A stretch of DNA of 64,000 nucleotides from Candidatus Zhuqueibacterota bacterium. GTDB lineage: Bacteria > Zhuqueibacterota > Zhuqueibacteria > Residuimicrobiales > Krinioviventaceae. Shown here piece after piece: positions 1 to 11,441 of the stretch (the stretch's first letter is position 1; every line of letters begins with the position of its first letter). The notes beneath the pieces are model-generated. The model had not been told where the DNA came from, ran no database searches, and saw nothing but the letters and a program-made list of their open reading frames with translations. The position numbers and the translations under genes are program-made. The stretch spans positions 815,692 to 879,691 of the forward strand of contig JAXHMJ010000002.1 in assembly GCA_034521575.1 (NCBI GenBank), written 5' to 3'.

Positions 1-294
1 ATGAATTGCCGAATCCTGCTCCCCGTCATGCAAATATGAGCCCCGTACCCCATTCAACGGAATGGTTTATCACAGACCAACAGATCATTCTCCCTGAATC
101 CCGGCAGATCAAACTGTGTATTGTTATTTTTGATGAAACCGGCTCCTGGAGTGCCCGCAATACCAGCAAAATATGGTCTATTAAAGCCCAGAATGTCAAA
201 TTTTCCGCACCTGATCTAACGCAGCCCGCAAGGCTGATGCACAATCTGATCTGAAATAAACGTCCAGTCCCTGTCAGAACCAAGTGTGAATGAC

Positions 295-751
295 TTATTT
301 TCGTTTCAACTTGTTTAGAATCTTTTGTCCCACCATTCTATCTGCTGAAGATATAATATTTTTAACAACATCCAGCACATCATCATCTCCGGGCCAATAA
401 GAACGAACCAGTTCCGGGTCTGATTTATTGATCAGGCTATTCAACACCAAAGCGACCAGTACAATATCATCCAATATTCCACCGGCCCCAACAAGCCCTC
501 CGGGATTAAATCCAAAGGCGAAATAAAATAGGCGATAACAGCCATTAATTTGATACGTTCGGACTTGCGGAACTTGCGGTCTGGACGCAAGTTTCCACAC
601 CAGTATAAAACAAATCAGGCGCCCACAGGATATATTTACTCCAGGGATGTTCTTCAGCTTCACGACTCTCCGCCCATTTTACGACCTTTTGCCTTAATTT
701 TTGATAAAAATCATGTTTTTTATCTGTCATTAATCCACCTCGATCATTCAT
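295..751 (-). CDS. YkvA/DUF1232-like small membrane protein. It is split into two overlapping ORFs (545..751 and 295..663) by a frameshift near 560-600.
   Basis: Motif GGLVGAGGILDDIVLVALVL resembles the DUF1232 core. The N-terminal piece lies in the other frame. Confidence 0.35.
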
Positions 752-813
752 TCAAGACATACTCGGGATCAAAATACATTTTCATAGCTCTTACCGGCAT
801 CATTCAAATGACA

Positions 814-2056
814 CTAGTACAACAGATACTGATCACGTGTTTCAAGAAACGAACTCATAAAGGCCTGGAGGTCCTGATAAATGAAATCCAGATTTCGTCC
901 CTCCTCTATCATGGGTTGTACCCTGTCGGTTCCTATCGCCTTTTCGAACATTCCGATACGTTCCGGCTTGAACTGAAAGGAATCCGGGTATTGTTTCCGG
1001 AGCAAAAGCATAATCGCGATTTGAGTGCGCATGGGCCGGAATTCTTTGAAATTTAAAATATGCATCTGAACCCCCTGCAGCGACTTTGATTTCCAGTCGG
1101 TATAATAAGGACTGTAATGAACGGGGCGAAAACGCACACCCGCTAAATCGATATTGTTCAAATCAGCCGCAAATGACTCGGCATTAATAAAAGAGGCGCC
1201 GATGAGTTCAAACGGCATTGTGTACCCTACGCCCTCATTTACAACCTGGAGTTCACCCAGACATCCCAGAGCCGCCAGGTAAAACGCGGTTTCAGGATTC
1301 GGTACATGCGGAGATGTGGGCACCCACGGCAGCCCCGTTTCTTTAAAAATCATAGAGCGCTGCCAGTTCTGCATTGGCACAACATGACAGTCACAGTTGA
1401 TGTTAAATTCAGAATTAAAATAAAGCGCAAGCTCGCCGATGGTCATGCCGTAAATATACGGAATAGGATAAACCCCGATAAATGATTCAAACCTTTTTTC
1501 AAGCATGGGACCTTCTATTAGAGTGCCTCCCAAGGGATTGGGGCGGTCCAGCAGCAAAAATGGAATATCATGTTCAGCTGCAGCCTGCATGCAATAGGCC
1601 ATTGTGGTAATATAAGTATATGCCCGCGATCCAATATCCTGCATATCAAAGATAAGGATATCCAGGTTCTCCAGCATTTTTGCTGTGGGATGTCTGAAAC
1701 TTCCATAGAGACTGTACACCGGACATCCGGTCTTTTCATCAATCCTGTCCCGGACAAAATGTCCGGCAGCGCGCATTGCCGCGTACCCCGTGTTCCGGCC
1801 CGAATAAGGCTTTCAGCTCAGCCTCGGGGTGATGATGCAGGGTATCGATGGTAGAGATCAGATTCATGGTCACTCCGGTCGGATTGGTGATCAATCCGAT
1901 CCGCTTACCGCTAACCCGGTGCATTTCCTCTCTCAATAGCACATCAATCCCGGGAACAACAGACTGGACCTGTTTATCCTGGACAGTAATTTGTGGCCCT
2001 GAATTACAGCCGGACAGGAGCAGCAGACATGTAAAACCAAACAGCAGGTATTTCAT
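814..2056 (-). CDS. DUF1343 / NamZ-like exo-beta-N-acetylmuramidase family lipoprotein. A frameshift near 1776-1800 splits it into ORFs 1739..2056 and 814..1776.
   Basis: The N-terminal ORF has a signal peptide, a lipobox-like Cys and GKRIGLITNPTGV. The C-terminal ORF has LLLDRPNPLGG and the rest of the DUF1343 fold. The two ORFs overlap in different frames. Confidence 0.7.
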
Positions 2057-2059
2057 ATT

Positions 2060-2581
2060 CTAAGCCTCTGATTTTTTCAGGACATTGACAACCTCACCGA
2101 AATAAACCCGATGGTAGGCTTTTTGGGGATACAGTTTATCGATTTCCGGATAAAGAAAATTATCAGATCTCATATCATCCCAGTACATTTTTCTGCATTC
2201 AAAAATCAATTCAGCTTCCGCATAAGCAGGGGATTTGACATTTTGTGATGCAATCGGCGTTATACCGGCCGGACCGACCTTGTCGCCGTCGCGACCGGAA
2301 TGTGATCCCATGTACTTTAGCGCAGCCCGATGCGATTCCGGAAACGTGCACAAGGTAAAATCATCATACTGTGTTGTGAATTCGTAAGTATAACGGTTCG
2401 GACGTACCACAATTTGCGCAAACGGCCGTTTCCACATGGTGCCGAAACTTCCCCAAGCCACCGTCATGCTGTTGAACCGATCATCCTCGAAATTACCGCA
2501 GGTTAAAAGCAGCCACTGTTTATCCCAAAGATCAAACGGATTAACAGTCACATCATGTGTTGAAATATTTTTGAAATCCAT
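2060..2581 (-). CDS. Flavin reductase-like domain protein
   Basis: 173 aa. Contains NSMTVAWGSFGTMWKRP...VVRPNRYTYEF, typical of flavin-reductase-like (PF01613) proteins. Confidence 0.55.
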   Translation of the reverse strand: MDFKNISTHDVTVNPFDLWDKQWLLLTCGNFEDDRFNSMTVAWGSFGTMWKRPFAQIVVRPNRYTYEFTTQYDDFTLCTFPESHRAALKYMGSHSGRDGDKVGPAGITPIASQNVKSPAYAEAELIFECRKMYWDDMRSDNFLYPEIDKLYPQKAYHRVYFGEVVNVLKKSEA

Positions 2582-2720
2582 GCATTCTCCTTATATTCAT
2601 TTCGTGTTTGTATGACAAACTATTGATTTTACAATTTAAAATCAAATGATATTGATGAAAAACTTTGTATCCCTGCAAATTTTTTGTAATTTATTGAATA
2701 ACCAATGAAAGGATGCCAAT

Positions 2721-3867
2721 TTGCACCAGACAGAAAGCAACCGGAATGCGAACGTGGATCGACGTCAGATCATTCGAAATCTGCTTGCCGGATTTTTTCC
2801 TTTACTCGTTTTTATCATTGCCGATGAACTGTTTGAACTTTTAATCAGTTTGCTGATTGCGCTTGCCGTTAGTCTGCTGCAGTTTTTGTTCATCTATGTT
2901 CGGGAAAAGCGCCTGGATAAATTTGTTATGATGGATTCAGCCCTGATTCTGGGGCTGGGCGCTGTTTCCTATGCACTGAACAGCCCTCTATTTATTCTGT
3001 TGAAACCAGCCATTATCGAATCCATATTTGTCATCCTGATTGCGGTTACGGTTTATACAGAACACCCGATTTTAATTAACATGTCCAAACGATACATGGC
3101 AGGCATGAAGCTAAAAGACAACCAGGTTCGCATGATGCGGCGAATGCTGACCGGATTGTTCTGGCTGCTGCTGCTACACGTCGGGTTTATCATAGCTTCA
3201 GCTATTTATGTCGGGGATCCGGAGTCAAGCGGCTATTTGGAGCGCAAAGAAATCTGGGCCTTTATCAGCGGAGGATTGTTGTATATTTTGCTCGGTATCT
3301 CCTTTGGATATCAATTCATCAAAGGAAAGCTGCGGCAATCCAAGCTCTACCGCCAGTACAAAGACGATGAATGGTTCGATATTGTCACCCCTGAAGGCAA
3401 AACGATCGGTAAAGCACCCCGTTCACTTTGTCATGGTAATCCGAATTTGCTGCATCCAGTCGTGCATGTACACGTCTTTAACAGCGATGGAGAGCTCTGG
3501 CTGCAGAAACGTTCGATGGATAAAACCATACAGCCGGGTAAAATGGGACACCTCTGTCGGCGGACATGTCATGCATCAAGAGACGATTAAACAGGCACTG
3601 CAGCGCGAGGTTCAGGAAGAACTGGGTATAGACCGGCTTGCTCATGAACCTCTTTTTCGATATGTGATGCGCAATAATATCGAGAGTGAACTGATCCATA
3701 CTTTTCGTGGTATTCACAACGGTCCCTTTAGCTATCCAAACGATGAAATTGAGCAAGGACGTTTCTGGACGATCCAGGAAATAAAAGAAAATTTGGGGAA
3801 AAATATACTTACACCGAATTTCGAACAGGAATTTGAATTATTGCGCAAAACCAGACATGTCATTTAA
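2721..3867 (+). CDS. Fusion of a polytopic membrane domain (YciB / septation-protein-A-like topology) to a C-terminal NUDIX hydrolase. A frameshift at ~3545 joins ORFs 2721..3590 and 3208..3867.
   Basis: About 5 hydrophobic helices are followed by a NUDIX box that reads across the shift: GKWDTSVGGHV...REVQEELGI. Removing one A from the AAAA run at 3541-3544 restores the frame (GKWDT). Confidence 0.7.
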
Positions 3868-3904
3868 TGAATGGAAATTTAAAACACTTCAATAAGGACA
3901 TAAT

Positions 3905-5375
3905 ATGGCCGGCAATTATGACAGTCTTGTCGTGATTATGGGTAACCAGCTTTATCCATCACTTGAGGGCCTTGAACCGGGCAATTCATTAATTTTTATG
4001 GCGGAAGATATAAATCTATGTCGTCGCTACCAATATCATAAAAAAAAACTTGTACTCATTTTATCAGCTATGCGTTCATACCGTGACAAGTTGAAAACGC
4101 GTTATGATATAGAATACTGGCGTCTCGACAAAGATGGACGGGATATGAGCTATATAGACAAATTATCCTCAACGGTAAAGAGCCATCACATCCGGCAGGT
4201 AAAATGTTTCGAAATTCCTGACCAGGCTCCCCGCGAGATGCTTAAAGACTGCTGCCGGTCTCTAAATGTTCAACTGTCTTTTTATGACTCACCCGGCTTT
4301 CTCACACCGGACAGTGAATTTAAATCCGAACGAATGCAGTCTTTTTATATCAGACAGAGAAAACGGCTCAATCTGCTTATCAAAGACGGTAAACCAGTGG
4401 GCGGCAAATGGTCCTTTGACAAAGAAAACCGCAAAGCTCTGCCGAAAAACATTCATGTACCGAAACCAAGTTTTCCAGCTCAAACCGACCATACCCGTGA
4501 GATTCTGTAGCTTTGTAGAAAAGACCTTTCCGGATCATCCCGGTTCCATCGCAGAATTCAGCCTGCCTACCACCCGGACCCAAGCGCTGAGCTTTTTCGA
4601 TGATTTTCTGCAGAACCGTTTCGAACAGTTTGGCCCGTATGAAGATGCAATCAATTCAGAGCATCCCTTTTTGTTTCACTCTATCATTTCTCCTGCGTTG
4701 AATATTGGTTTAGTGACGCCACAGGATATTCTTGATAAACTCGAACCAATTATGTATGCAGGCGATGTTCATCTGCCCAGTCTGGAAGGACTGATCAGAC
4801 AAATTGTCGGATGGCGTGAATATATGTACGGAATGTATCGGATTTTGAATCTGAAAGGTAATTTTTTTCAGCAGAAACGCAGACTCACACAAGCCTGGTA
4901 TGAAGGGACAACCGGCATCCCTCCTCTTGATCATTGCATCCAAAAAGCTTTGCGGTATGGGTATCTGCACCACATCGAACGTTTAATGATTGTCGGAAAT
5001 TTGATGCTGCTGAGCGGTATTCACCCCAAAGAAGTTTTCACCTGGTTTATGGAACTGTTTGTGGACTCGGCGGATTGGGTGATGACACCCAATGTATACG
5101 GGATGAGTCAGTTTGCAGACGGCGGCCAAATTGCCACCAAACCCTACATCGCTGGGTCAAACTATATACTCAAAATGAGTAACTATAAAAAAGGCACATG
5201 GTGCGATATCGCAGACGGTCTGTACTGGAGATTTATCGAAATGCATAAAGACTTTTTCGATACGAATCCCCGTATGCGGATCATGACCCGCGCTTTGATG
5301 AACCTGGACAAGAACCATAAGCAAACCATTTTCACCGCAGCCGAGTCATTTATTGATCGCACGACAACTCTATGA
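3905..5375 (+). CDS. Cryptochrome/photolyase-family protein of the FeS-BCP / 'deoxyribodipyrimidine photolyase-related' type. A frameshift near 4480-4510 joins ORFs 3905..4510 and 4266..5375.
   Basis: The N-terminus (VVIMGNQLYP...KLVLIL) matches the DUF3/PF04244 family. The C-terminal half has the FAD-binding-like region WREYMYGMY...YGYLHHIERLMIVGNLMLL...WFMELFVDSADWVMTPNVYGM. Confidence 0.75.
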
Positions 5376-6440
5376 TCACGGGATCTCAATCAGGCTCTGA
5401 TCTCCGACCATAAATCGGTTGGATCTCGGTCGTCCTCCAGCCTGTTTAATCCGGGCGGCTGAACCCAGCAAACTTCCTTCAATGCGGATATCGACATCAC
5501 ATATTTCACATTCATCCATGACAATACTGAACTCGATTTCACTGTTTCGCATTTGACAGGCTTTACCGATTGACGTAAACGGACCGATAAAGCTGTTCTC
5601 GACACGAGTATTGGCTCCGATAACTGCAGGCCCGCGGACTGTACTATTGATAATTTCAACGCCTTCTTCCAGGACGACATTCCCCGTGACCAGCGAGTCC
5701 TTGTCAATCATCCCCTGTAAATCGCCAATTGTATGTTCAAGGATCAATCGATTGGCTTCCAAAATATCAGCCGGCTTTCCTGTATCTTTCCACCATCCGG
5801 TGATTTCAGAAAAGCTTATTGTGTAGCCATGGTCCAAAAGATATTGATGCGCATCTGATATTTCCAGTTCTTTTCTCCAGCTGGGCGCAATATTATTTAC
5901 CGCTTTGAAAATATTCGGGTCGTAAATATAGATGCCGGCGACCGCAAACTCGCTCCGGGGATTTTTTGGTTTCTCTTCAATGGCAATTATTCGGTCATTT
6001 TCAATCAAGGGGACGCCAAAACGCTCCGGGTCTTTGACCCGCGCCAGGGTGAGATGACAATTAGACCCTGAGCGTTCAAACTCGTTTATAAATCGATCCA
6101 GATCGCCGACCACCATGTTATCACCAAGGTAAAAAATAAAAGAATCATCTCCGATAAACGGCTCGGCGATTTTCACCACATGCGCAAGCCCCAAAGGAGC
6201 ATCCTGAGGAATATAGGTAATTTCCAGTCCCCAGATATCACCATTGCCAATCGCTTCCTTGAGTACTGTATCTTCCTGATTGGTAATGATCCCCACTTGT
6301 TTAATCCCTGTTTTGGCAATTTTTTCCAGTGAATAGTGCAAAATGGGTTTGTTTGCGATGGGCAGCAGATGCTTATTACTGGTATGAGTCAATGGTCTCA
6401 GACGCGTTCCTTTTCCTCCTGCCGTAATCAATGCTTTCAT
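5376..6440 (-). CDS. Sugar-phosphate nucleotidyltransferase (long-form glucose-1-phosphate thymidylyltransferase-like, with a C-terminal left-handed beta-helix)
   Basis: The protein starts MKALITAGGKGTRLRPLT and is 354 aa. It has a hexapeptide-repeat C-terminus. Confidence 0.8.
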   Translation of the reverse strand: MKALITAGGKGTRLRPLTHTSNKHLLPIANKPILHYSLEKIAKTGIKQVGIITNQEDTVLKEAIGNGDIWGLEITYIPQDAPLGLAHVVKIAEPFIGDDSFIFYLGDNMVVGDLDRFINEFERSGSNCHLTLARVKDPERFGVPLIENDRIIAIEEKPKNPRSEFAVAGIYIYDPNIFKAVNNIAPSWRKELEISDAHQYLLDHGYTISFSEITGWWKDTGKPADILEANRLILEHTIGDLQGMIDKDSLVTGNVVLEEGVEIINSTVRGPAVIGANTRVENSFIGPFTSIGKACQMRNSEIEFSIVMDECEICDVDIRIEGSLLGSAARIKQAGGRPRSNRFMVGDQSLIEIP

Positions 6441-6553
6441 GGATATCCTCTCGAGATAAATCAGTCAATGAACAGACTTTGGTTTCCAGACTATAATTTA
6501 AAAAAACAAGGCAAACATACAACAGTAAGTTTTAAACAAGATCGTTAAAGGAT

Positions 6554-6590
6554 AAAAAAAAACGCCGAGACAGATAAATCTGCCCCGGCG
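6554..6590 (-). terminator. Intrinsic terminator for the S8 protease gene
   Basis: The minus strand reads CGCCGGGGCAGAT-TT-ATCTGTCTCGGCG followed by TTTTTTTT. Confidence 0.6.
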
Positions 6591-6618
6591 TCGTGGGAGT
6601 ATGGGGGATGCAACATTC

Positions 6619-9106
6619 TTAGCGCACAAGAGAGACTTTTAATCGGTCTGTATATTCTCCGGCGGTGATGGTCACAAAGTAGACACCTGAACTTTGGTCC
6701 AATCCAAACTCGTTCATTCCGTTCCAGTTGATTGAATGTTCACCTGCCCCCATGGTTTGATTCAACAGTGTTTTCACCAACTGCCCTCGCATGTTAAATA
6801 TCTTTAGACTTACAGGTCCGGCTTGTGCACATTCAAACTGGACAGTGGTTGATAAATTAAAGGGATTGGGAAAATTCTCATGCAGACGATACTGAAAAAC
6901 GTGACTTTTGTCATCTCTAACATTGGATGCCAACATATTGCAGGCAACAGGTCCGTAAAATGTGTGTTCTCCGTTGATACTGACTTCCTGCAGCTTGTAC
7001 ATACTTTCTGATGATGCATTGCGGTCGGTAAATATGTATTGTGTTGCCGTGCCGGTTTGCCCGGCGCCTGCGACAATCAAATTTGAATTTATCTTTTCAT
7101 ATCCGGAATCACTGTTATCGCTTCGGTACACGTTAAAACCGGCGTGATTGATCAGATTTTCAACGTCCCATTGCAGGGAAACACTTTGATTTTTCCACTC
7201 TGCTGTAAAAGAGGTCAAATTGACTGCCATAGCCTCATAGGACGAATCATCTTCATCCAGATCAAGAATACCATACCCCCAGGAGGCATCCGGCGTAGTT
7301 GTTATATCAGGATCTGTATCCGCATAGACAGTTAATTCATCATAAACCTGCTGTGCTGAAAAAGACGGATTTTTATCCAGAATGAGTGCGGCGCCTCCGG
7401 TTACAACGGGGGCGGCCATACTGGTTCCTGACATGATGATGTAATCCGCATCACCCGTATCTCCGAAATTTTCACCGTCATTATCCACCCAGCTGTTGGA
7501 CGGACTTGAGTTTGCGATGTGATCTCGGACCGAAACCACCCAGTATCCCGGTGCGGTGATATCAGGTTTGGGATACTCGTCAACTCGCGGACCGCGTCCT
7601 GAAAAAGCGCAAAGATCACCCGAACTACTTGTCGAATAGGTGTTTCCCAAATAATTGATCACTTCATCCCGTGGTTTCATTGCGCCGACCGTAAATGCAT
7701 TATCAGCGCATCCCGGATTCGAGATTGTATACTGTGGATCAGCATTTGCAAATGTGATTCCGCCTTTATTATAATCTTCATAAATATGCACCTCTTGATC
7801 GAAAGCGGAATGATTCACGACCTTGATATAATATGTTTGGTTTCCCGTGGGTAAATATTCATTCCAATACGAAATTTGGTGTTCGGTACCTTTGGTGCTT
7901 TCTGTCTGTGTATTATAAGCTATACTATCTATCGGATTTTTGTTGCTGTCATAATAGAGTAATGAAAGAATTCGATTTTCACTTGATCCGTCATACCAGA
8001 TTGTGTTGAATTTAAGTTTCAGATAATTGTCATAAGCGACGGACGCATTCACCTGAATATACTCCGACTCGCCATTGGCAGGAACGGTTGTTGAATAATG
8101 GCGGTTGTCATTCCCATAATTACCGGCAGCGACAATAATAGGTACATCATAGTTTGCCACCAGTTCATCGATTTTTTGGCTCAGAATATGGCTGCCGTCA
8201 TGATAAGCGTCCCATCCTCCGTAGCTCAGGTTGATGACGTCTGCATTGTAGGTTTTAACAGCATCATTAAGAGCATAATACATGGCAAGGGTTGATGCAC
8301 TGGCGTTTACATCATTACCGATTTTCAAAAAGATCAGTTCAGCGCCAGGAGCCATGCCCCGGTACGGTCCCCCGCCATTGGCCGTGTTGTACAAAGACTG
8401 CGTCCCGCGTCCCAGTATGGTCCCTGTAACATGGGTACCATGCCCGCTTACGGTCGTCAAAATATCATCATCATAACTCGGAGCATTGGAATAGTCTTTT
8501 GCAACAACAGGAGTCGGGAGATCGGAATGAGATAAATCAAGACTTGCATCCAATACTGCGACGCGGACGCTGCTGCCATCAGCACTTCCGGAACCATCAT
8601 AGTCGTTCTGCCAATAAGTGCCGGCCTCGACCCAGACTGCCGCACTGTTATTTTGAGATGTGAGCTTTAAATCTGCCGCATCGAGACGTTGTACAAACGT
8701 GTGTTTTCAGAGTCGGTACCAATTGATCCAGAGGCATCAGAGCCAGAACAAATCCCAGGGGATGGGCTCCTACGGGACCTGTCCAGGAGTCTTTTAGGAC
8801 TTTAAGTCCATCGGCTTTTAATTGATAAATCTGGCTTGCATCAGGCTCATGTTCAAAGTAGATAGCAACCGGAATTCTGGTATCGTTCGATTTTGCCAGA
8901 GAGGAATTTTGTACATATCGCGATTCGTTCAGTTTTTGATCGACGAGTTCGTAGATATGCCCGCTGCCCAATTTAGAGACCAGACTGTCAGGCAAGTCTC
9001 CTAAATTTGTACCGGCCGCCTTAATGGAAGGAGAGAGGAATATGAGGACAATGTGAAAAATGATGAATAATGTAATTTTATTTGATTGCATTGTAATACT
9101 CCACAC
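6619..9106 (-). CDS. Secreted subtilisin-like S8 serine peptidase with an N-terminal signal peptide, an I9 propeptide and a T9SS C-terminal sorting domain. A frameshift near 8720-8760 joins ORFs 8648..9106 and 6619..8553.
   Basis: Active-site regions are VRVAVLDASLD (Asp; upstream of the annotated TTG start, reading across the frameshift region), HGTHVTGT (His) and GTSMAAP (Ser). The C-terminus is NFPNPFN...LKIFNMRGQLV...SGVYFV, a T9SS type-A C-terminal domain. The propeptide ORF is in another frame. Confidence 0.8.
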
Positions 9107-9483
9107 TCACACTACTTTCTTTAATACTATTCCTTTACATGCCAAAAACGTGCCAAAGTATTCCCAAACAAGGTTGTGTTCTTATTAATATATATTTAAC
9201 AACTATTTATGAAAGCCTATTGTTTAACATGCTTTTTAACAAAAATCCCCATTATGTTCAATTTATTGACACATTATTGCGATATTTTCCTATTATCAGG
9301 ATATATTACTTTAATAAATGATATTATTGGTTTTACACTATTTAATTGTAGTGTTCAATTTACAACACTTCAAAAGTTTACGTTTTACATTAAGCAGATT
9401 ATTCATATCTTATAGCGCTCACCATTTTTTACGCAACTGTGTCTTTTTGCTGGTAAAGAATACAATTAACAAGGCAACTGCGA

Positions 9484-10190
9484 ATGAGTTATATGGAAAA
9501 CGTCAATCAAATATTGTCAAAATGGAACCAGTCTGATCTCGCTAAAACTCCATCTATACTTTATCGTACAGCTCTGCATTTTTTTCTTGATATATCCCAA
9601 TCCAAACGCGCTCTGTTTCTTGTTCGAGAGCAATCTCATTTTACGTGCACAGCGGGTCTTGAACATGACACTACCTCGCTGACCCGTCAGCATATTTCTG
9701 ATCTGAATAAATCATTAAAATCCGATGGGTTTGATCTGAGAGGGCATGAAATTTCAAAAATCACCCAATCACCGGGTTGGGCATTAATCACTTTGGGTAA
9801 ACCAAATTATGGTATAATGGGGGTGATCTGTTTACAGAATCCGGAGAAAGATTTACGCGCTTTTGATGTTCAAAACACCATAGATATCCTGAAAAATTCA
9901 TTGGTTGCACATCTTTGCCTCATTCAGGAACGCAGAAAGCGAAGAGAATTGGAAATGGAAAAGGCTGACGGAATGTTCATTAATACGGATTACAGACAAT
10001 GGTCCCGGCCTGGGCTTTGATACTCTAAATCCTTTTATTCAGGATCATTACTCGTCAAAGTCCGACGGGCATGGGTTTGGAATTATGATCTGCAAAGAGA
10101 CTGTTGAAGCGCATGGAGGACATTTTGCACTCCATTCAACCGGAGCAAAAGGTACTGTGTTTGATATCATTCTCCCTTATCTTATTACCA
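9484..10190 (+). pseudogene. Remnant of a sensor histidine kinase. It has a GAF-like N-terminus, a truncated H-box to N/G1 interval, and a frame change at ~9990.
   Basis: The HATPase_c motifs ITDNGPGL...GHGFGIMICKETVEAHGG...GTVFDIILP lie in a different frame from the upstream sensor part. The linker between the H-box and N-box is far too short. Confidence 0.5.
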
Positions 10191-10437
10191 CCACTTTAAT
10201 TCTTTACCATTTTCACCGGTCTAAAACTTTACCATACATTTTCTTTCATTTAATTCATTTTCATAAATATTCATAAAAATTCCATCTAATTTTCTCTTAT
10301 TTTCATATCATTCGTTTTATTCTCTTTTTCCCCCCTTTTCACAAATTAATTTTTATGGCACTTTAGATTATTGGGCTTGTTTTTGGCTGTATGTTGGTTC
10401 TCAGCCCTAACTATCCTTCCACCAATACGAGTGTCTT

Positions 10438-10923
10438 GTGATGAAGAAAACCATTATTTGCAAGAATTGCTGTAAGCAAAAACCTGCTAATCCCCGGCTC
10501 AAAGGCAATCAGTTATACTGCAGTGCCCCCAACTGCCAAAGAGCCCGCAAACGTGCCTGGCAAAAACAAAAAATGATTCAGGATTCTCAGTATCACGAAC
10601 AGCAAGTCGCATGTTTAAAGAAATGGCGCAAGACCTATCCATTAGATAAATATCAAAAAGAGTATCGTAAAAAGCATCCAGACTATGTGAAAAGAAACCG
10701 AGACCTTCAGAAAAAACGCAATGCGAACCAGTCAAAAAAAGCGGAGCTGATTAAAATTGTAAAAATGGACGCGTTAAAAAAGCAGTCAGAAAAATTATAC
10801 ACTTGTGTAATGAATCCTTATAAAATTGATTCATCCGGGAAAATTGTAAAAATGGACGCGTTAATCGTGCAACTGGCTGATTTACATAAAAATATTGACC
10901 TTTTTTTGTCTTTAAGAATTTAA
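10438..10923 (+). CDS. Hypothetical basic protein with an N-terminal CxxC...CxxC zinc-ribbon. The ORF reads through three 22-bp direct repeats and may be spurious.
   Basis: Motif CKNCC...CSAPNC. The C-terminal half is low-complexity K/R-rich. The repeats happen to be in frame (IVKMDAL x2). Confidence 0.25.
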   Translation: MMKKTIICKNCCKQKPANPRLKGNQLYCSAPNCQRARKRAWQKQKMIQDSQYHEQQVACLKKWRKTYPLDKYQKEYRKKHPDYVKRNRDLQKKRNANQSKKAELIKIVKMDALKKQSEKLYTCVMNPYKIDSSGKIVKMDALIVQLADLHKNIDLFLSLRI

Positions 10924-10940
10924 TTGTAAAAATGGACGCT
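10755..10940. repeat. Three direct copies of AATTGTAAAAATGGACGC(G)TTA at 10755-10777, 10842-10864 and 10922-10940
   Basis: The copies are exact or near-exact, spaced 87 and 80 bp apart, and lie upstream of the IS21-like istA. This resembles the multi-copy terminal transposase-binding repeats of IS21-family left ends, or an iteron array. Confidence 0.6.
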
Positions 10941-10997
10941 ATTGCTATTTGCCTTGTGGTATAGTAGATTTCAGTTGAATTTGTACGTGATCTATTA

Positions 10998-11441
10998 TTG
11001 GGAGGCAGAATGATGAAAATCACCAAAAAACCCCTTATTCCCGACCGGGTGCGTAACATTGATGGGGGATTTAGTTTTATTCCACACCGGTTTATCACAG
11101 ACCATTTTTTTACCAGTTTGAATCAACACGAGCTTTTGATTTACTTTTTGCTCGTGCTTGTCGGAGATCGGCACGGGCTGTCTTATTACAGTCAGGACCG
11201 GCTCTGCACGATGCTGAGGATAAGTCTTGATGATTTTATCACTGCCAGAAACGCTTTGATCAAAAAATCCCTGATTGCCTTTGACGGGTTTATGTTTCAG
11301 GTGCTTTCTTTGCCGAAAAAGCCGGTTGCACTGCCTTCAAAACCCTTGACTACCCGCTCCGATTTTGAAAACTGGGACCCCATGACGATCCGTAAACTTG
11401 TAACTGAATCTCTTGAAAGGGCCAAAAGTCATGATGAATAA
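10998..11441 (+). CDS. Hypothetical helix-turn-helix protein, possibly DnaD/replication-initiator-like, immediately upstream of and overlapping istA
   Basis: 147 aa. The HELLIYFLLVLVGDRHGLSYYSQDRLCTMLRISLDDFITARNAL segment looks like a winged helix. Its stop overlaps the istA start. Confidence 0.35.
   Translation: MGGRMMKITKKPLIPDRVRNIDGGFSFIPHRFITDHFFTSLNQHELLIYFLLVLVGDRHGLSYYSQDRLCTMLRISLDDFITARNALIKKSLIAFDGFMFQVLSLPKKPVALPSKPLTTRSDFENWDPMTIRKLVTESLERAKSHDE

Noticed and set aside
6-283. ORFs 6..254 (+) and 26..283 (-) at the window edge
   Set aside because: No recognisable motifs, and they overlap each other. They could be the tail of a gene cut by the window boundary, but I cannot support a call.
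9139-9536. Small ORFs of 60-72 aa in the AT-rich region upstream of the histidine-kinase remnant
   Set aside because: The sequence is about 75% AT and low-complexity. It is a divergent promoter or decayed region, and the ORFs are composed of I/L/F/N/K codons.
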